This document shows, in pieces, positions 44,165 through 57,160 of a DNA stretch of 64,000 bases. Source of the stretch: the human T2T-CHM13v2.0 reference genome, Homo sapiens. The notes below the pieces were generated by a model. The model made no database searches. It was not told the origin of the DNA and saw only the letters and a program-made list of their open reading frames with translations. The DNA lies in assembly GCF_009914755.1 (NCBI RefSeq), contig NC_060945.1; one strand, given 5' to 3'. Within the stretch, counting starts at the first letter, position 1. Each line of letters starts with the position of its first letter. The position numbers and the translations under genes were made by a program.

Positions 44165-44979
44165 TATAGTAGGCAGAATAATGGCCCCAACGAGGCCCAC
44201 ATCCTGATCCCGGGAACTGTGGATATGCATGTTACATGTCAAGGAGAAATTATACTTGCAGATGGAATGGAGGTTGTCAGTCAGCTGGAAGATTATCCTA
44301 GGTCCTGAAAAGTGGAAGAGGGAGACAGCAGAAGAGAGGGAACCAGGGAGATAGTAGCATAAGAAGGACTTAGCCCAACGTTGCTGGTTTTTTTTTTTTT
44401 TTTTTTTTTTTGACAGACAGGGTCTTGCTGTGGCCCAGGCTAGAGTTTGGTGGTGCAATTAGGGCTCACGGCAGCCCCTTGACCTCCCAGGCTCAAGTGA
44501 TACTCCTGCCTCAGCCTTCTGAGTAGCTGGGACCACAGGTGTGCACCACCATAGTCAGCTAGTTTTGTTATGTATTATTTATTTATTTATTTCTATATTT
44601 ATTGCAGAGATGAGGTATTACTCTGTTGCCCAGGCTGGTCTCAGACTCCTCAGTGCAAGTGAATCCTCCTCCCTTGGCCTCCCCAAATGCTGGGATTACA
44701 GAGGTGAGACATCATGCCTGGCCATGGTTGCTGGTTTTGAAGATGTGGGAAGGGGACCATGAGCCAAGGAGTGCAGGTGGCCTGTAGAATCTGGGAAAGG
44801 AAAGGAAGTGGATTCCCCCAGAGCTTCCAGAAAGGAACATAGCCCTGATGACACCTTGGCTTTAGCCCAGTGAGACTCCTGTTGGACTTCTGACCTCTAG
44901 GATCTTAAGTCAATGCATTTGTGATATTAGTCCAATCAATTTTCAGTAATTTGTTACGGCAGCAAAGGTAAACAAAACA
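44165..44979 (+). mobile_element. MaLR LTR (MLT1D-like) split by an AluJ
   Basis: 'tagtaggcagaataatggcccc...gaagattatcc' and 'ttgctggttttgaagatg...ccatgagccaagga...taatttgttacggcagc'. Confidence 0.85.
44392..44723 (-). mobile_element. AluJ
   Basis: Poly(T), reverse Alu body; TSD core gttgctggtttt at 44380-44391 and 44727-44738. Confidence 0.9.
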
Positions 44980-45169
44980 GGAGTAGGCAGATTCCCGTTC
45001 AATTCAATTTATACACACTGAACACCTGCTATGTGCCAGATCCTGTGCTAAGAGCTGGGTACAGGGGTGAATAAAGATGCAGCCCCTGCCCTCAAGTCTC
45101 ACAGCCTTGAAGAAAACACAGGAGCACACACGTCCCACTAGGGCAGCGGAGGCAATTCCAGGATCACGG

Positions 45170-45517
45170 TGTGTTCGCTGGGGCAGCCGTGACAAAGTAC
45201 CACCAACTGGTGGCTTAAATAACAAACTTTTGTTTCTCACAGTTCTGAAGGCTGGGAAACCCAAGCTCAAGGTGCCGGCCGGTTCTGTTCCTAATGAGGG
45301 CTCTCTTCCTGGCTTGCAGGAGGCCACCTATTCACGCCCACATGGCAGACAGCAAACTCTATCTGTGATCTCTCTTATAAGGGTGCTGACTCCATCCTGA
45401 GGGCCCTACCCTTAGGATCCAATTACCTCTCAAAGTCCCCAACTCCCAAATGCCATCACATGGTGGATTAGGATGTCAACATATGAATTTATGGGGAACA
45501 TAACTCAGTCCATAGCA
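45170..45517 (-). mobile_element. MaLR LTR (MLT1A-like)
   Basis: 'gtgacaaagtaccaccaactggtggcttaaataac...tctcacagttctgaaggctgg...tcagtccatagca'. Confidence 0.85.
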
Positions 45518-46779
45518 GATGGGAATGGGGAGATGGTGGACTAACTGTCTTGGGTGAGGTGGGAGCGGGTTAAGGAAAGCAGGAGTGGCAGTCCTTAGGT
45601 AGCAAATCAAAGGCCCAGGGATAATCCAGATCTGGGGAACAGAGTAACAAATCATGAGGTTGCAAGAGAGCCCACTTCCTTCATTCTTCCAGCTGTCTGG
45701 TGATCTGGGGTTGCTTTGGGCCTATCTCTGAGGCAGAGGGGAAGGGAGGTGAGGGTGTTTACTGAGTGTGCTCTGTATACAATTCAGTCTTCTCCAAAAG
45801 GCTGTGAACAAATGTCGTTTTTATCACCATTGTTAAGATAGGGGAGAGGAGTTTCTGGAAAGTTCCATAACTTGCCTAGGGTGTTTGACCTCTAAAGCTG
45901 GTATTCTCCATGATACTCACTTGACTCTGAGTAATTCCCCTCTGATTAAACAGTGGAAAAGAAAAAGACAACATGACGTCTCCTGCGACCTTAAACCCAG
46001 CACTGAGACAGTGCCTGGCACATAACAAGAGCTAAAGAAATTTTTCTTGAATAAATGAATAGGTAATTTCAGATCCTTTAAGACTGACCATTTGGAATGG
46101 GAGTCTATAACTTCTACATACTCTGTAAATTGTCCTTTATCCACTCTGACTGCTCAGTGGATTTTTTCTTTTGAGCTCTAGCATTCCATCCAAATAAATC
46201 CCAAGCAAAAGTTTTAAGTGCTCCAGCTACTAGAATTGATGGCAAAGCCTTATATTCGCCGATATTTTTGCTGACTTTTGGAGCCTTGTTCATAAGGTGC
46301 AAGATCAGTGGAACACTTGAATGTGTGTGCAGAGCACTGTGTGAGCCCTGCTGGAAGCTTCCAGAAGTACAGGATGTGGTCCCAGGCCCACACATGCATG
46401 AAGAGAGGAAGGGGAATGGAGGCAGAGGAAAAGACGCCCTGCCAGGGTTCAGCAGACACAAAGACACAAGTGTAGGAAGGATGACTGAGAAATGATCTGT
46501 TTTTTCCCACCCCAAAAGGGGCAGTTGTTTTCTTTGCCCCCTTTGGAGAGGGCCAGAAGGGGATTTGTGTCTTGCCAGAAGGGATTTATGCCTTGCCTTA
46601 GAGGAGGTTCTTTAAAGGTCTTTGGTTTCCCAAAGCCTTGGCTGTGGTAGGCAAAGCACTGGATTGCTCCAAAGGGATGAAGCTTTGGGATTTTTATTAG
46701 GAAAAGCTGGCAAAGGCCTTACTAGGGAAAGGGAGGGGCCCCTAAGACCTGCAGAAGTGAGCTGGGTTTTCTGATATAC

Positions 46780-47233
46780 AGAATCTGTGAATATGTTCCA
46801 CTATACAAAGAAAAATCGAGGTTGCAGTTGGAGTTAAGGTTGCTAATCAGCTGACCTTCAACTGGGGAGATTATCCTGGATTATCCGGGAAGCCCAGTGT
46901 CATCACAAGAGTCCTTTTAAGTGGGAGAGGGAGGCAGGAGAGGGAGAACGAGAGAGATGGCAATGTGAGAAGGACTCAGCCCATGGTGCTGGCTTTGAGG
47001 GGGGAGGAGGGGGCCATGAGACAAGGATTGTGGGCGGCCTCTGGAAGATGGAAAGGCAAGGAAACAGATTCTCCCCTGGAAGGTGCAGCAGTAATGCAGT
47101 CCTGCTGAAAACAATTTTAACCCAGTGAGACCTGAGTTAGACTTCTAACCCGCAGACTTGCCAGATACATTTGTGTTGTTTAAGCCTCCAAGTTTATCGT
47201 AGTTTGTTCCAGCTGCATAAGGAAACTAACACA
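46780..47233 (+). mobile_element. MaLR LTR (MLT1C/D-like)
   Basis: 'gggagattatcctggattatccggg...ggaaaggcaaggaaacagattctcccct...ggaaactaacaca'. Confidence 0.85.
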
Positions 47234-49387
47234 GGGTAATATGGGGGTGCCTGGAGACTGAGTCACAGGGCTGAGACCTTGGAGACCCAGTGATGGTCTC
47301 ATGGCTTTCCTGGATATAGAGGAAATGTACCCACAGGCTTGTGACTTGTAATGTGTTGTGCAGACTTAGTCAGAAGCAAGACCAGAAACCCCTCCACACG
47401 TTTTATGGACAGTGTAAGTTTCTAGGGCCATTTATACAACCCCAGGTACGGGTGGTGTCCCTCAATAATGGTGGATACGTGAACACTTCCAACCCTGGAC
47501 AGCAGGTGCTCAGAGCCAGTTTAATTGGATCTAGGAAAATTAAGGGTTGTGATGTATCTTGCACCTGAGGGTGGTGAGCAGATTCACAGCTGCTCTGCTC
47601 ATCAAGATTTTTCTAAAAGAATATGTTAATTGCCGCAGAACTGCACTTGTCAGAGCAAGCTCATAAAAGAGATGAGTTTTCAGTTGTGTTTGGAACAGGG
47701 TAGGAGTGGGTGGGTGAGGACTGGGATCCATGGTTCGTGGATGGGAGGAGAGAAGAGTTCAGAAATGGATGTTAGGAATCCATCTCTAGAAGTCTTAACA
47801 GTGTTTTCCATTGACTCAGAGCTTGGTTTTGTGGTAGTGGGAATGTGGCAATATGAAGGATTCTGGTGATAGGAAGTGGAAGACTTCATAAGCAAAAGCC
47901 CCAGTCTTAGTGGAACGCTTCAAAGCCACAGGTTCTTCCAGTAACTGCCTGGGTCTTCCGCTTCTCCCCTTGGCTCTAAATTCCCAACAGGCTTTGTGGA
48001 GGTTTGACAGCTGCTCCAGGAGCTTGCAATTTACTTTTTGTTCACTTTATGCAAATTCATACTTGGCTTTGTAGCACAAAGGACAAACCTAGTGGGGTCT
48101 GAGTTGCCCTACGGAGGTTTTATCCCCACAAAAGTCGGGAGCCCAGGAAGCTGCAATGACAAGGGAAGAGTCCAGGAACAAAACCGTGGGAGAGACCTAC
48201 ATATGAGGCATTCCAGAGTGGTCTTTGCACTGTGCTGTCTTAATAGGTATAGAGCTATCAACCTGGAGTAGGCAGTAGATATTTAACGCTCACATTTCAT
48301 CTAGATGTATATGTGTATGCATGTGTGTATGTATCTGTGTACAATGTGCATATTTATATATAATAAACACACCTATGCATGCACACTTTTTGATGGGAGA
48401 CACTAATTTTAGGCAGTATAGGTCAATTTCTAACTTCTGAGCTGGGGCATGGGGTCATTTTCAGGTGACAGGTGGGGTAACAGCCACAGGTATGCAAAAT
48501 TCCTTCTAGCTGGTCTCGAGGGCATCTTTGCTCAGAGGGGGCAGAAGGAAGTAGCATTGGCATCACTTCGAGGAAGCCGGGTGTTTGCCCGTAGCACAGC
48601 CTGAAGCAACTGTGCTTGGGACATAGGTGAGTAGAGAATAAAGTATGCGTGGGCAAGGCCAGGCAAGCACCAGCACAGCCTGAAGACACACCCTCCGCTC
48701 GTGGACAGAATGGGGCACCATGCAGGGAGCCCCATAGGGACTGCTCAATGAATCCACCTGGACTGGATTTGTCACTAGATGGTGTGAGATGCAACTTGTA
48801 TTGCACCCATACCTGGAGCCCGGCTGTCATTCTCTGCCATGGAGACAAAGTGCCTATGTTGTGGCTGTCCCAGACCCTTTCCAAGAGGATTTAGACTGCA
48901 GTGTAAAGGGGGCTTCATGTTGAGGCACATTATCCATTTGTGGTTAAAAATTTTAGCAAGGAGCTAGGAAAGTTATGTTTGGGGTCATGATCCAAAGGAA
49001 CTTCTACCCTATTAGCTTAAGGATTGAATCTAAAAGATATTGGAGGTTGAAAAACGGTCTCAGGAAAGTCCTCTAACTTAACACAGGGACATAATCTATT
49101 GAGGCTGAATGGAAAGAAGGACAAGGTGTTGCTTTTGGAGCCAAAGTGCCAGGGTTCAAGACATTCGTCAAAGGGCAGTAATCATACCTATGCAGCCTGC
49201 CTTGCACCGTCGCCAAGAAAGCTCCAAGCCAGTGCAAACCAACTATCTGCAAAACATCTAATGAGAGGTCAGAGCTGGGCTAAAAAGTCACAGACCTGAA
49301 CCTTTATCTGCAGGATAAAACATTTGGATTAAAGGCATTTAAAAAAAAATGCTTGCTGCTTTTTTGGTAGCAGAGCATAAAGCCACA

Positions 49388-50188
49388 TCAAAAGAAGACA
49401 TTTATGCAGCCAACAAACATATGAAAAAAAGCTCATCATCACTGGTCATTAGAGAAATGCAAATCAAAACCACAATGAGATATCATCTTACACCAGTTAG
49501 AATGGCAATCATTAAAAAGTCAGGAAACAACGGATGCTGGAGAGGATGTGGAGAAACAGGAACGCTTTTACACTGTTGGTGGCAGTGTAAATTAGTTCAG
49601 CCATTGTGGAAGACAGTGTGGCGATTCCTCAAAGATCTAGAACTAGAAATACCATTTGACCCAGCAATCCTATTACTGGGTATATACCCAAAGGATTATA
49701 AATCATTCTACTATAAAGACACATGCACACACATATTTATTGCAGCACTATTCACAACAGCAAAGACTTGGAACCAACCTAAACGCCCATCAATGATAGA
49801 CCGGATAAAGAAAATGTGGCAGATATACACCATGGAATACTATGCAGCCATAAAAAGGATAAGTTCATGTCCTTTGCAGGGACATGGATGAAGTTGGAAA
49901 CCACCATCCTCAGCAAACTAACACAGGAACAGAAAACCAAACACCACATGTTCTCTCTCATAAGTGGGAGTTGAACAATGAGAACACATGGGGACACAGG
50001 GAGGGGAACATCACACTCCAGGGCCTGTCTAGGGTGGGGAGCTAGGGGAGGGAGAGCATTAGGAGAAATACCTAATGTAGATGACGGGTTGATGGGTGCA
50101 GCAAACCACCATGGCACATGTATACCTATGTAACAAACCTGCATGTTCTGCGCAGGTATCCCACAACTTAAAGTATAATAATAAAAAA
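49388..50188 (+). mobile_element. 5'-truncated L1PA (L1PA7/8-like): ORF2 C-terminus and 3' UTR
   Basis: ORF 49349-49891 translates to the ORF2p cysteine-rich region ([25 protein letters not shown]...); 3' UTR 'aaaccaccatggcacatg'; poly(A). Confidence 0.93.
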
Positions 50189-53100
50189 TGCAATATTATT
50201 ATTAGAAGCTAAAACTTGGTAAGAATGGGAGCCTACCTGAAATTGCTATCTGGTTACACACTCAAAAAACCTTTGTTATATGTTAAGGTAAACAAAATTT
50301 ACTACACAAACTACAAGGCCTCTGAAATGAGAGAATCTCAAATGTATTTGAGTTCCATGATGTCTTTTTGAATAAACCACTAAACAATGAAGTAGGGAAT
50401 ATTTTTGAGGGTGCTGAAGGAATGGACTGATTTTTATTTTTTTGCTTAAGCAGGGCCAAGAGAAAGCAAGAGAGGGCCACACACACAGAGAGAGAAATGC
50501 AGTAGCCTTTGCCCCTAATCTCATGAGAATCTGCTAATTTTCCAATCTCTCACTGGAATATTTTATGCCTAAAATAATTCACGATGTGGCTGTAGCATGC
50601 ACTGCCCTGGACTGCTGAGCATTTTAGTAGCAAAACATGGAGAGTGTTACCTGCTGACCTGCTAAGGAGCATGGGCTCATTCCCATCCCTCTGTGTGCTA
50701 ACACTGGGACCAGGGAGAGCAAACGGGAGGTGGGACGCTTATTGTTATCAGTATTATGTGCCTATTTTCACACTCATACGTAAGAGCACCCTGGGAATGA
50801 AGTGCAAGGTTCAACATTCCTGTGTTTAGAGGAATGTACTTGCTGAGGCATGAGAAGTATGAGCAGACTGCGAGGCTGTAAGAAACTCAGTTGTCCCGGG
50901 ATGCTCCAACTCTGAGGGTGAGTTCCCCCTCTAAATGTGATGTTTATGGTATCACAGGAGGGTCCTGACCAAAAGTGATCCGGGCACTTTGTACTTAGTT
51001 TCTATGTATGATTGTGCCAGCTTTCACAACATTCCCACACTCTTACCAGAAGGGAGAATGATGAACTCATCACAAACCAATGTAGTGTAAGCTCCTTCAC
51101 CCTATCTCGGGGTCTTTGAAGATAGAAGCTGTGCTTTCTTGATCTGTGTGTCCTCAGGCCCTAGTACGATGCCTGACATATGATAATTCCTCAATGCATT
51201 CTTGATAAGTGATTGTTTGAATGAATGAATGAAAGAGAAGGAAGACATTTCCACTGGATTAATGAAACGCTAAGTTGGAAGAGTGCATTAGGAACAGTTA
51301 AAGAATGGGCAGTGATGGAAAGCTATCTACAATGTACAGAATCTTGTTACTGTGCAGATTTGAGTCAGCCTTTGATGACTACTGATAGCTATGTCACCTA
51401 AAGAAGAGCCTTCAGGAATCTTGGATCTGTCGTTCACCCAGTGGGAGGTGGAGAAGCACTGTAGGTCAAGGCGGGCTGCTCTGTGTCCTCATGAGACCTT
51501 GGGCACCAGGGCCAGCCATGCTTTGGAGGGGTTTTCCAGGATCAGTTGCCTTGATTCAGCCCCAGTGGCCCTGCTACACTGATCACAGCTGGTTGGACCA
51601 GAGGTGGACACCTGACCAAAAAGGTAGCTGCAACAGGCTGACCAGCATCCTAGGAGGTGGTCTGACATGAAGCTCTGCCCAGTAGATTTCTATACACATG
51701 GCGGCTGGATCACCCAGTCAAACCTTCTCTCCCAGGAAGTCTGAATATGAGCTAAATAGAGAAGCCAACAGCAGCAAAAGCCGAGAGGAATACAGAGGGA
51801 AGGCATTAAGCAGAAGCTTTTAAGGAGAGGGAAAGAGAGGAGAAACAATGCAGGCAGAAAGAGGAATAGAGAGGGAGGTGCTGGGTCCCACACATGGCAG
51901 ACACGCTGCCACAGGGTCACCATAATGTGACCGTGCTCATAAATCCTGGGGACAAATGAGGCTTCAGTTCCCAGGAATCCTGGCTAGGCGGCCCCAGACA
52001 CATTCAAACAAATCTCATGACCCAAGGCAGCCCCTAGTTCTTCCTGCAACCCTGAGGAGCCTCATTCCCAAATTTCACTTCTTGGGTCCCAGAGCCAGGC
52101 TGGTGTGGATGACACAGAAGGAAGACCTGTGACTGTAGGATGCTGTGTGCTGTGGGAAACCAAGGGGTTCTGTAAACTGTAGGCTCTGCCCCTGCCCTGG
52201 AAGGGATTCATACTGGAGTTAGAAAAGCCAGAAAAATCCACACACAGGTGTCCAAGGTGTTATATATTAAGTAGCCAAAGTGAGAGAAAAGACAAGGGCT
52301 GCCAAGAGTAAGAAGTGAAGAGGGCAAGGTGGGCTGGGCAGGGAACACAGGGAAGGCCTCGGAGCTGGGGACTGAGTGCTGAGGGTGGGCGAGACGGCCG
52401 CATGGAAAGGTGCTTGCAGACATGTGCACAGGGTGGCAAATGCCTGCAGCGTGTGCAGCTGGGCTGAGAAAGGCAGCTCTGGTCTCTGCAAATCTGCAGG
52501 GGTTTCTGGATGCCTAGAGTGACCAGAAGCACGGATTGAACCTGTCAAACAACCCGAGTGAGTGGACAGGGCCCAGATGGTATTTCCTGACTTGGGGGCC
52601 AGCTGTGATCCTGAACGTCCCCTAGTGCCCTGGGATCAGCACATTTGAAGGCATGTCTGCGTTTCTTCCTGGGAAACACAGATCTCTGATGAAGATAGGC
52701 TATGATGTGAGAAACTTCAACCAGGCGTAAATTGCAAAGGGCAGCAGAGTGTTCTGTTCGCACATCAAGAACGTATCCCAGCCTTAGAAACAAAATAGAA
52801 ACGGAGAGCTGAATCTAGAGAGCCGGACAGCAGGCTGCCTGGCAACCACCAAGGAACACGACGCTCTTAGCCTGGTTCTGCTCCTACTGTGCAAAGGGCA
52901 GTCTGGAGATAGCAGGTCAACATCCACTTGGAATCGAAAAGGTTAAAAAAGCATGCATTTGGATGGCTCTCTGTTCTCTTTTTCTTTTCATATTTGTTAG
53001 TGCCTGTTACCTGCAGATCGAGGGAACGCTGTCACTAATGTTATGTTTTATAGGCGAGCCTTTGCTGAGTAAGAGACTACACTCAAAAGAATCACCAGGA

Positions 53101-55883
53101 CCCTCCCGATTTTCAAGGCAGGGGGCAGGTCCCAGTCCCTACACTCCTTGGTCTCTGAGACATCGGACACTATGCCTTTCATTCCCATGGGATGCTCTCA
53201 TTTTCCTTGGCTAGGTCTATTACATTGAGAACAAGGCTGGGCCCTTGAGCATGTGCTGCCTGACTCTTTAGAGCACGGGGTGCCTTCCTTGTGGGGTCTG
53301 AAATCAAAGACAACATGCCTGCAGATAGTTTTCTTGAATTTTTGAAGACATCTGGGGCCTGGGCCACACATAAGATACTGCAACCAGCTAATAATTAAAC
53401 CTGGATGCCACCTGCCAGCTCATTCTCCAGGTTTGGCAAATGAAACACACATTACTAGAGGAAGGACATCTTTAGGGGAAGGAAGGCCCATCTTTAGGGG
53501 AAGCTGCATCCCTGGTATCTTTAGAACAATGAGGCTTCCCCAGAAAGGAGGGCTTCTGAGACCTCAAGGAGACAAAGTACTGTGAATCTCAAGTGCCGCT
53601 TGCTTGAGCAAAATGCAACCGACTTTCTAAGAAACCATGAGATTTCTGAATAAGGAGAAAGGGCTTTTATCAGGGTTTTTCTAGCTCCATAGTTTGTTAG
53701 CAGAACACAGAGTTGGATATGATAGCTTGAAGCCTGTGGTATGAACTGATGTGTCTTTCTAGGGTTTGACACTTAGTAGACACCCCACAAATGTCACTTG
53801 GTTACAGAAATAAGTGAAGGTTTAAAATGAAAGAAGAAACGTACTGTGTCTTTATTTCCTGTGGCTCTAGCTGATCCGGGACAATGGACTGAATGCCATC
53901 ATGAGCCTCAATGGACTTACCTGTAAGAAGGGTCACGTGAGATTCCAACGCTAATGAGCGTGAAAGGTTTTTGCAAACAGGAACTGCAGCACAAAGGAGA
54001 GGTAATATGTTGCTGTTGGGTGAGGTGTCCTGGCTGGGTTTGCTTTAGTCCTCACTTTCGGTACATTTCCTGCCTAAGATATTTGTGATGGTGGAAGAAA
54101 GGCCTGGATTTCTTCCTTTAAGATTAGGAGTGGCTAGTTTCCCTTTTGGGGGCTGTTCCTAGGACTTGAGGCACCGTCTCAGAGCTGAGGAGTAAGCAAG
54201 GCTAAGCCGCAGTGCAGCTGGACAGAAAGCCGGAGAGGTATTGCTGGGCTTCTGGAAGTCCCTGAAGGGTGGAGCTTCTCAATAGGTAGCAAAATGACAA
54301 ACTCTAGACAACTCCAGGATGTGTTCAATGATAAAACACAGGCTCTGGAAGCTGGCCTGAGAAAGAAGTCTTAATTCCTTAAGGACCCGAGCGAGACCCA
54401 GTTCTAAATCTTAGAAAAGAAGTTTGCAAGTGTCTTAGTGGATGCAGAGTCAAGATAAACAGAATTTTCTAGCACCGTGGAAGGAACAGAAATTACAATA
54501 AAGAAGAAATAGAATCAAAAGGAACTTGGCTGACTTTTATAGCTTCTGGTTGTCTATTTCTGGGACATCTATGTTCAGTGGCAAAATGAAAAAAGAAAAA
54601 AAAAGAAAAAAACAACTACACAAACACACATGCAAAAGCTCTCAAAGAAGGCAAGAAAAAGCTATGCCCCTGGGATAGAAGGCTCTTTCCTGAGACTTTC
54701 TTTGTTATCCTAAGTCCTGCAAATCTTCAAATGTTACCTGAGAGTGTTTCATCTGGAATTCAAAGTCAAAACCAAAACAAAACTAAAACCCAAAAAGAAA
54801 GGCAGGAGAGAACAGCTAGTCTTGAAAATAGGCAGACTAGTTGAGGGAAACAAATCTGTGTGTGCTTTGCCATGAGGGGCAACTGAAGGAAGAGAGGAGC
54901 CTGGATTATCCATGATTTAAGTATTTGTAATTGAGGGAACAGAAAAGGTGTCCTCTCTCTGTGTTTAGCCAGCAAGGGAGCATGGCTGAGTTGCCTTGAG
55001 CTCCTGACCCTATCATGAGAAGCCATGAAGGGGTGAGGTGGGTGCTACCATGGGCCAGCCTCCGGGTGAGAAGGATGGATACGAGGGTGCGGTACAGGCA
55101 GCAGGAGCTGTGCCAAGCAGAGTGGAGGCTGCCCCTTTCCCCAAGCACATCTCACACTGCACCTTGGCCTTTGGTGGAGCCACTGACTTCTGGAGAGCCC
55201 CATGCTGTGTGAGTGCTAAATGCGGAATGCAGGCACTTTGTGAAGTCTTTATTCGGTGGCTCGAAATGCTCAGAGCTTGAGAAGAAAAATCAACACCAAA
55301 TGGGTTAGCTTCCTCTAGATGCTTTTGGATGAAAGCTCTTCCAGGTTCTGTGGATGGATGGACGCTGACACAGCACCCTCGTTTGTAAAGCAGGGCTGGT
55401 GGCATCCACTTGGAGGCTGGCACAAGGGTTGTGTGGGATTTCCCTGCCCGCCAAGCTCCTAGCCCTTGATTCAGTGTCTGTGGCTCCTTTAGGACCTGTG
55501 CTGGACCTTCATTAAAAACCAACAAAAGTAGGAAAACTGATGCAAATAAAAGAAATAATACCACAGATGACCATTCATTCCATGTCAGAAACAAATGCCT
55601 GGATATTCCTTTATGATAAACCTGGAGAGCAGGAACCACCCATTGAAGACAGTGTGGGCCACAGACCCCACGGTCAGAGAATGGGTGGTGGGAGCAGGGC
55701 TGGCGTGGGGGCCCGGGAGAAGGCAGGGGACGTGCGTGGAAACAGAGGCGCAGTCTGGGTGAGGGGTCCAACCCTTAGGCAGCACTGACATCTCCCCGCT
55801 ATGCTGGTCTCCACCCTGGCCCCAGCATTCACACTGCATTCCTGCTTTGCAACTGTGAACCCTGTGAAGCACCGAGTGGAGTG

Positions 55884-57160
55884 TCCAGCCTGGAGTGAGC
55901 ACTCCCTCACAGTGTGATGATTCCAGCCCAGAGTGAGCACTCTCTCACAGTGTGATGATTCCAGCCCGGAGTGAGCACTCCCTCACAGCGTGATGATTCC
56001 AGCCTGGAGTGAGCACTCCCTCACAGCGTGATGATTCCAGCCTGGAGTGAGCACTCCCTCACAGATTCCAGCCCGGAGTGAGCACTCCCTCACAGCATGA
56101 TGGTTCCAGCCCAAGTGAGCACTCCCTCACAGATTCCAGCCCGGAGTGAGCACTCCCTCACAGTGTGATGATTCCAGCCCAGAGTGAGCTCTCCCTCACA
56201 GCGTGATGATTCCAGCCCAGAGTGAGCACTCCCTCACAGCGTGATGATTCCAGCCTGGAGTGAGCACTCCCTCACAGCGTGATGATTCCAGCCTGGAGTG
56301 AGCACTCCCTCACAGCGTGATGATTCCAGCCTGGAGTGAGCACTCCCTCACAGCATGATGATTCCAGCCTGGAGTGAGCACTCCCTCACAGATTCCAGCC
56401 CGGAGTGAGCACTCCCTCACAGCATGATGGTTCCAGCCCAAGTGAGCACTCCCTCACAGATTCCAGCCCGGAGTGAGCACTCCCTCACAGTGTGATGATT
56501 CCAGCCCAGAGTGAGCTCTCCCTCACAGCGTGATGATTCCAGCCCAGAGTGAGCACTCCCTCACAGCGTGATGATTCCAGCCTGGAGTGAGCACTCCCTC
56601 ACAGCGTGATGATTCCAGCCTGGAGTGAGCACTCCCTCACAGCGTGATGATTCCAGCCTGGAGTGAGCACTCCCTCACAGCGTGATGATTCCAGCCTGGA
56701 GTGAGCACTCCCTCACAGCATGATGGTTCCAGCCCAAGTGAGCACTCCCTCACAGATTCCAGCCCGGAGTGAGCACTCCCTCACAGTGTGATGATTCCAG
56801 CCCGGAGTGAGCTCTCCCTCACAGTGTGATGATTCCAGCCCAGAGTGAGCACTCTCTCACAGTGTGATGATTCCAGCCCGGAGTGAGCTCTCCCTCACAG
56901 CGTGATGATTCCAGCCTGGAGTGAGCACTCCCTCACAGCGTGATGATTCCAGCCTGGAGTGAGCACTCCCTCACAGCATGATGGTTCCAGCCCAAGTGAG
57001 CACTCCCTCACAGATTCCAGCCCGGAGTGAGCACTCCCTCACAGTGTGATGATTCCAGCCCGGAGTGAGCTCTCCCTCACAGATTCCAGCCTGGAGAGAG
57101 TACTCCCTCACAGCATGATGGTTCCAGCCCGGAGTGAGCACTCCCTCACAGTGTGCTGAT
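55884..57160. repeat. VNTR/minisatellite, 35 units (28 x 38 bp, 3 x 31 bp, 4 x 30 bp)
   Basis: Consensus tccagcc(c/t)ggagtgagcactccctcacag(c/t)gtgatgat; manual parse sums to exactly 1277 bp. Confidence 0.97.

Noticed and set aside
47485-47510. REST/RE1 site expected for a neuronal gene (ggacagc half-site)
   Set aside because: Only the right half matches and the left half TTCAGCACC is absent; I saw no full RE1 in the window by eye
49349-49891. 180-aa ORF with a Cys/His motif
   Set aside because: Fragment of L1 ORF2p C-terminus in a 5'-truncated element, not a host gene
55013-55771. 252-aa minus-strand ORF in unique sequence
   Set aside because: No recognisable domain, begins at a non-ATG codon, composition typical of random GC-rich intron; PhyloCSF or Ribo-seq support would be needed
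55884-57160. CRISPR-like array (30-38-bp repeats with a palindromic core)
   Set aside because: Units are head-to-tail with no unique spacers, there are no cas genes, and the context is a human intron; it is a minisatellite
55884-57160. Tandem C/D-box snoRNA cluster (repeated GTGATGA, terminal CTGA)
   Set aside because: The C-box-like motifs are on the strand opposite to the host transcript, units are too short, and there is no D box per unit or terminal stem
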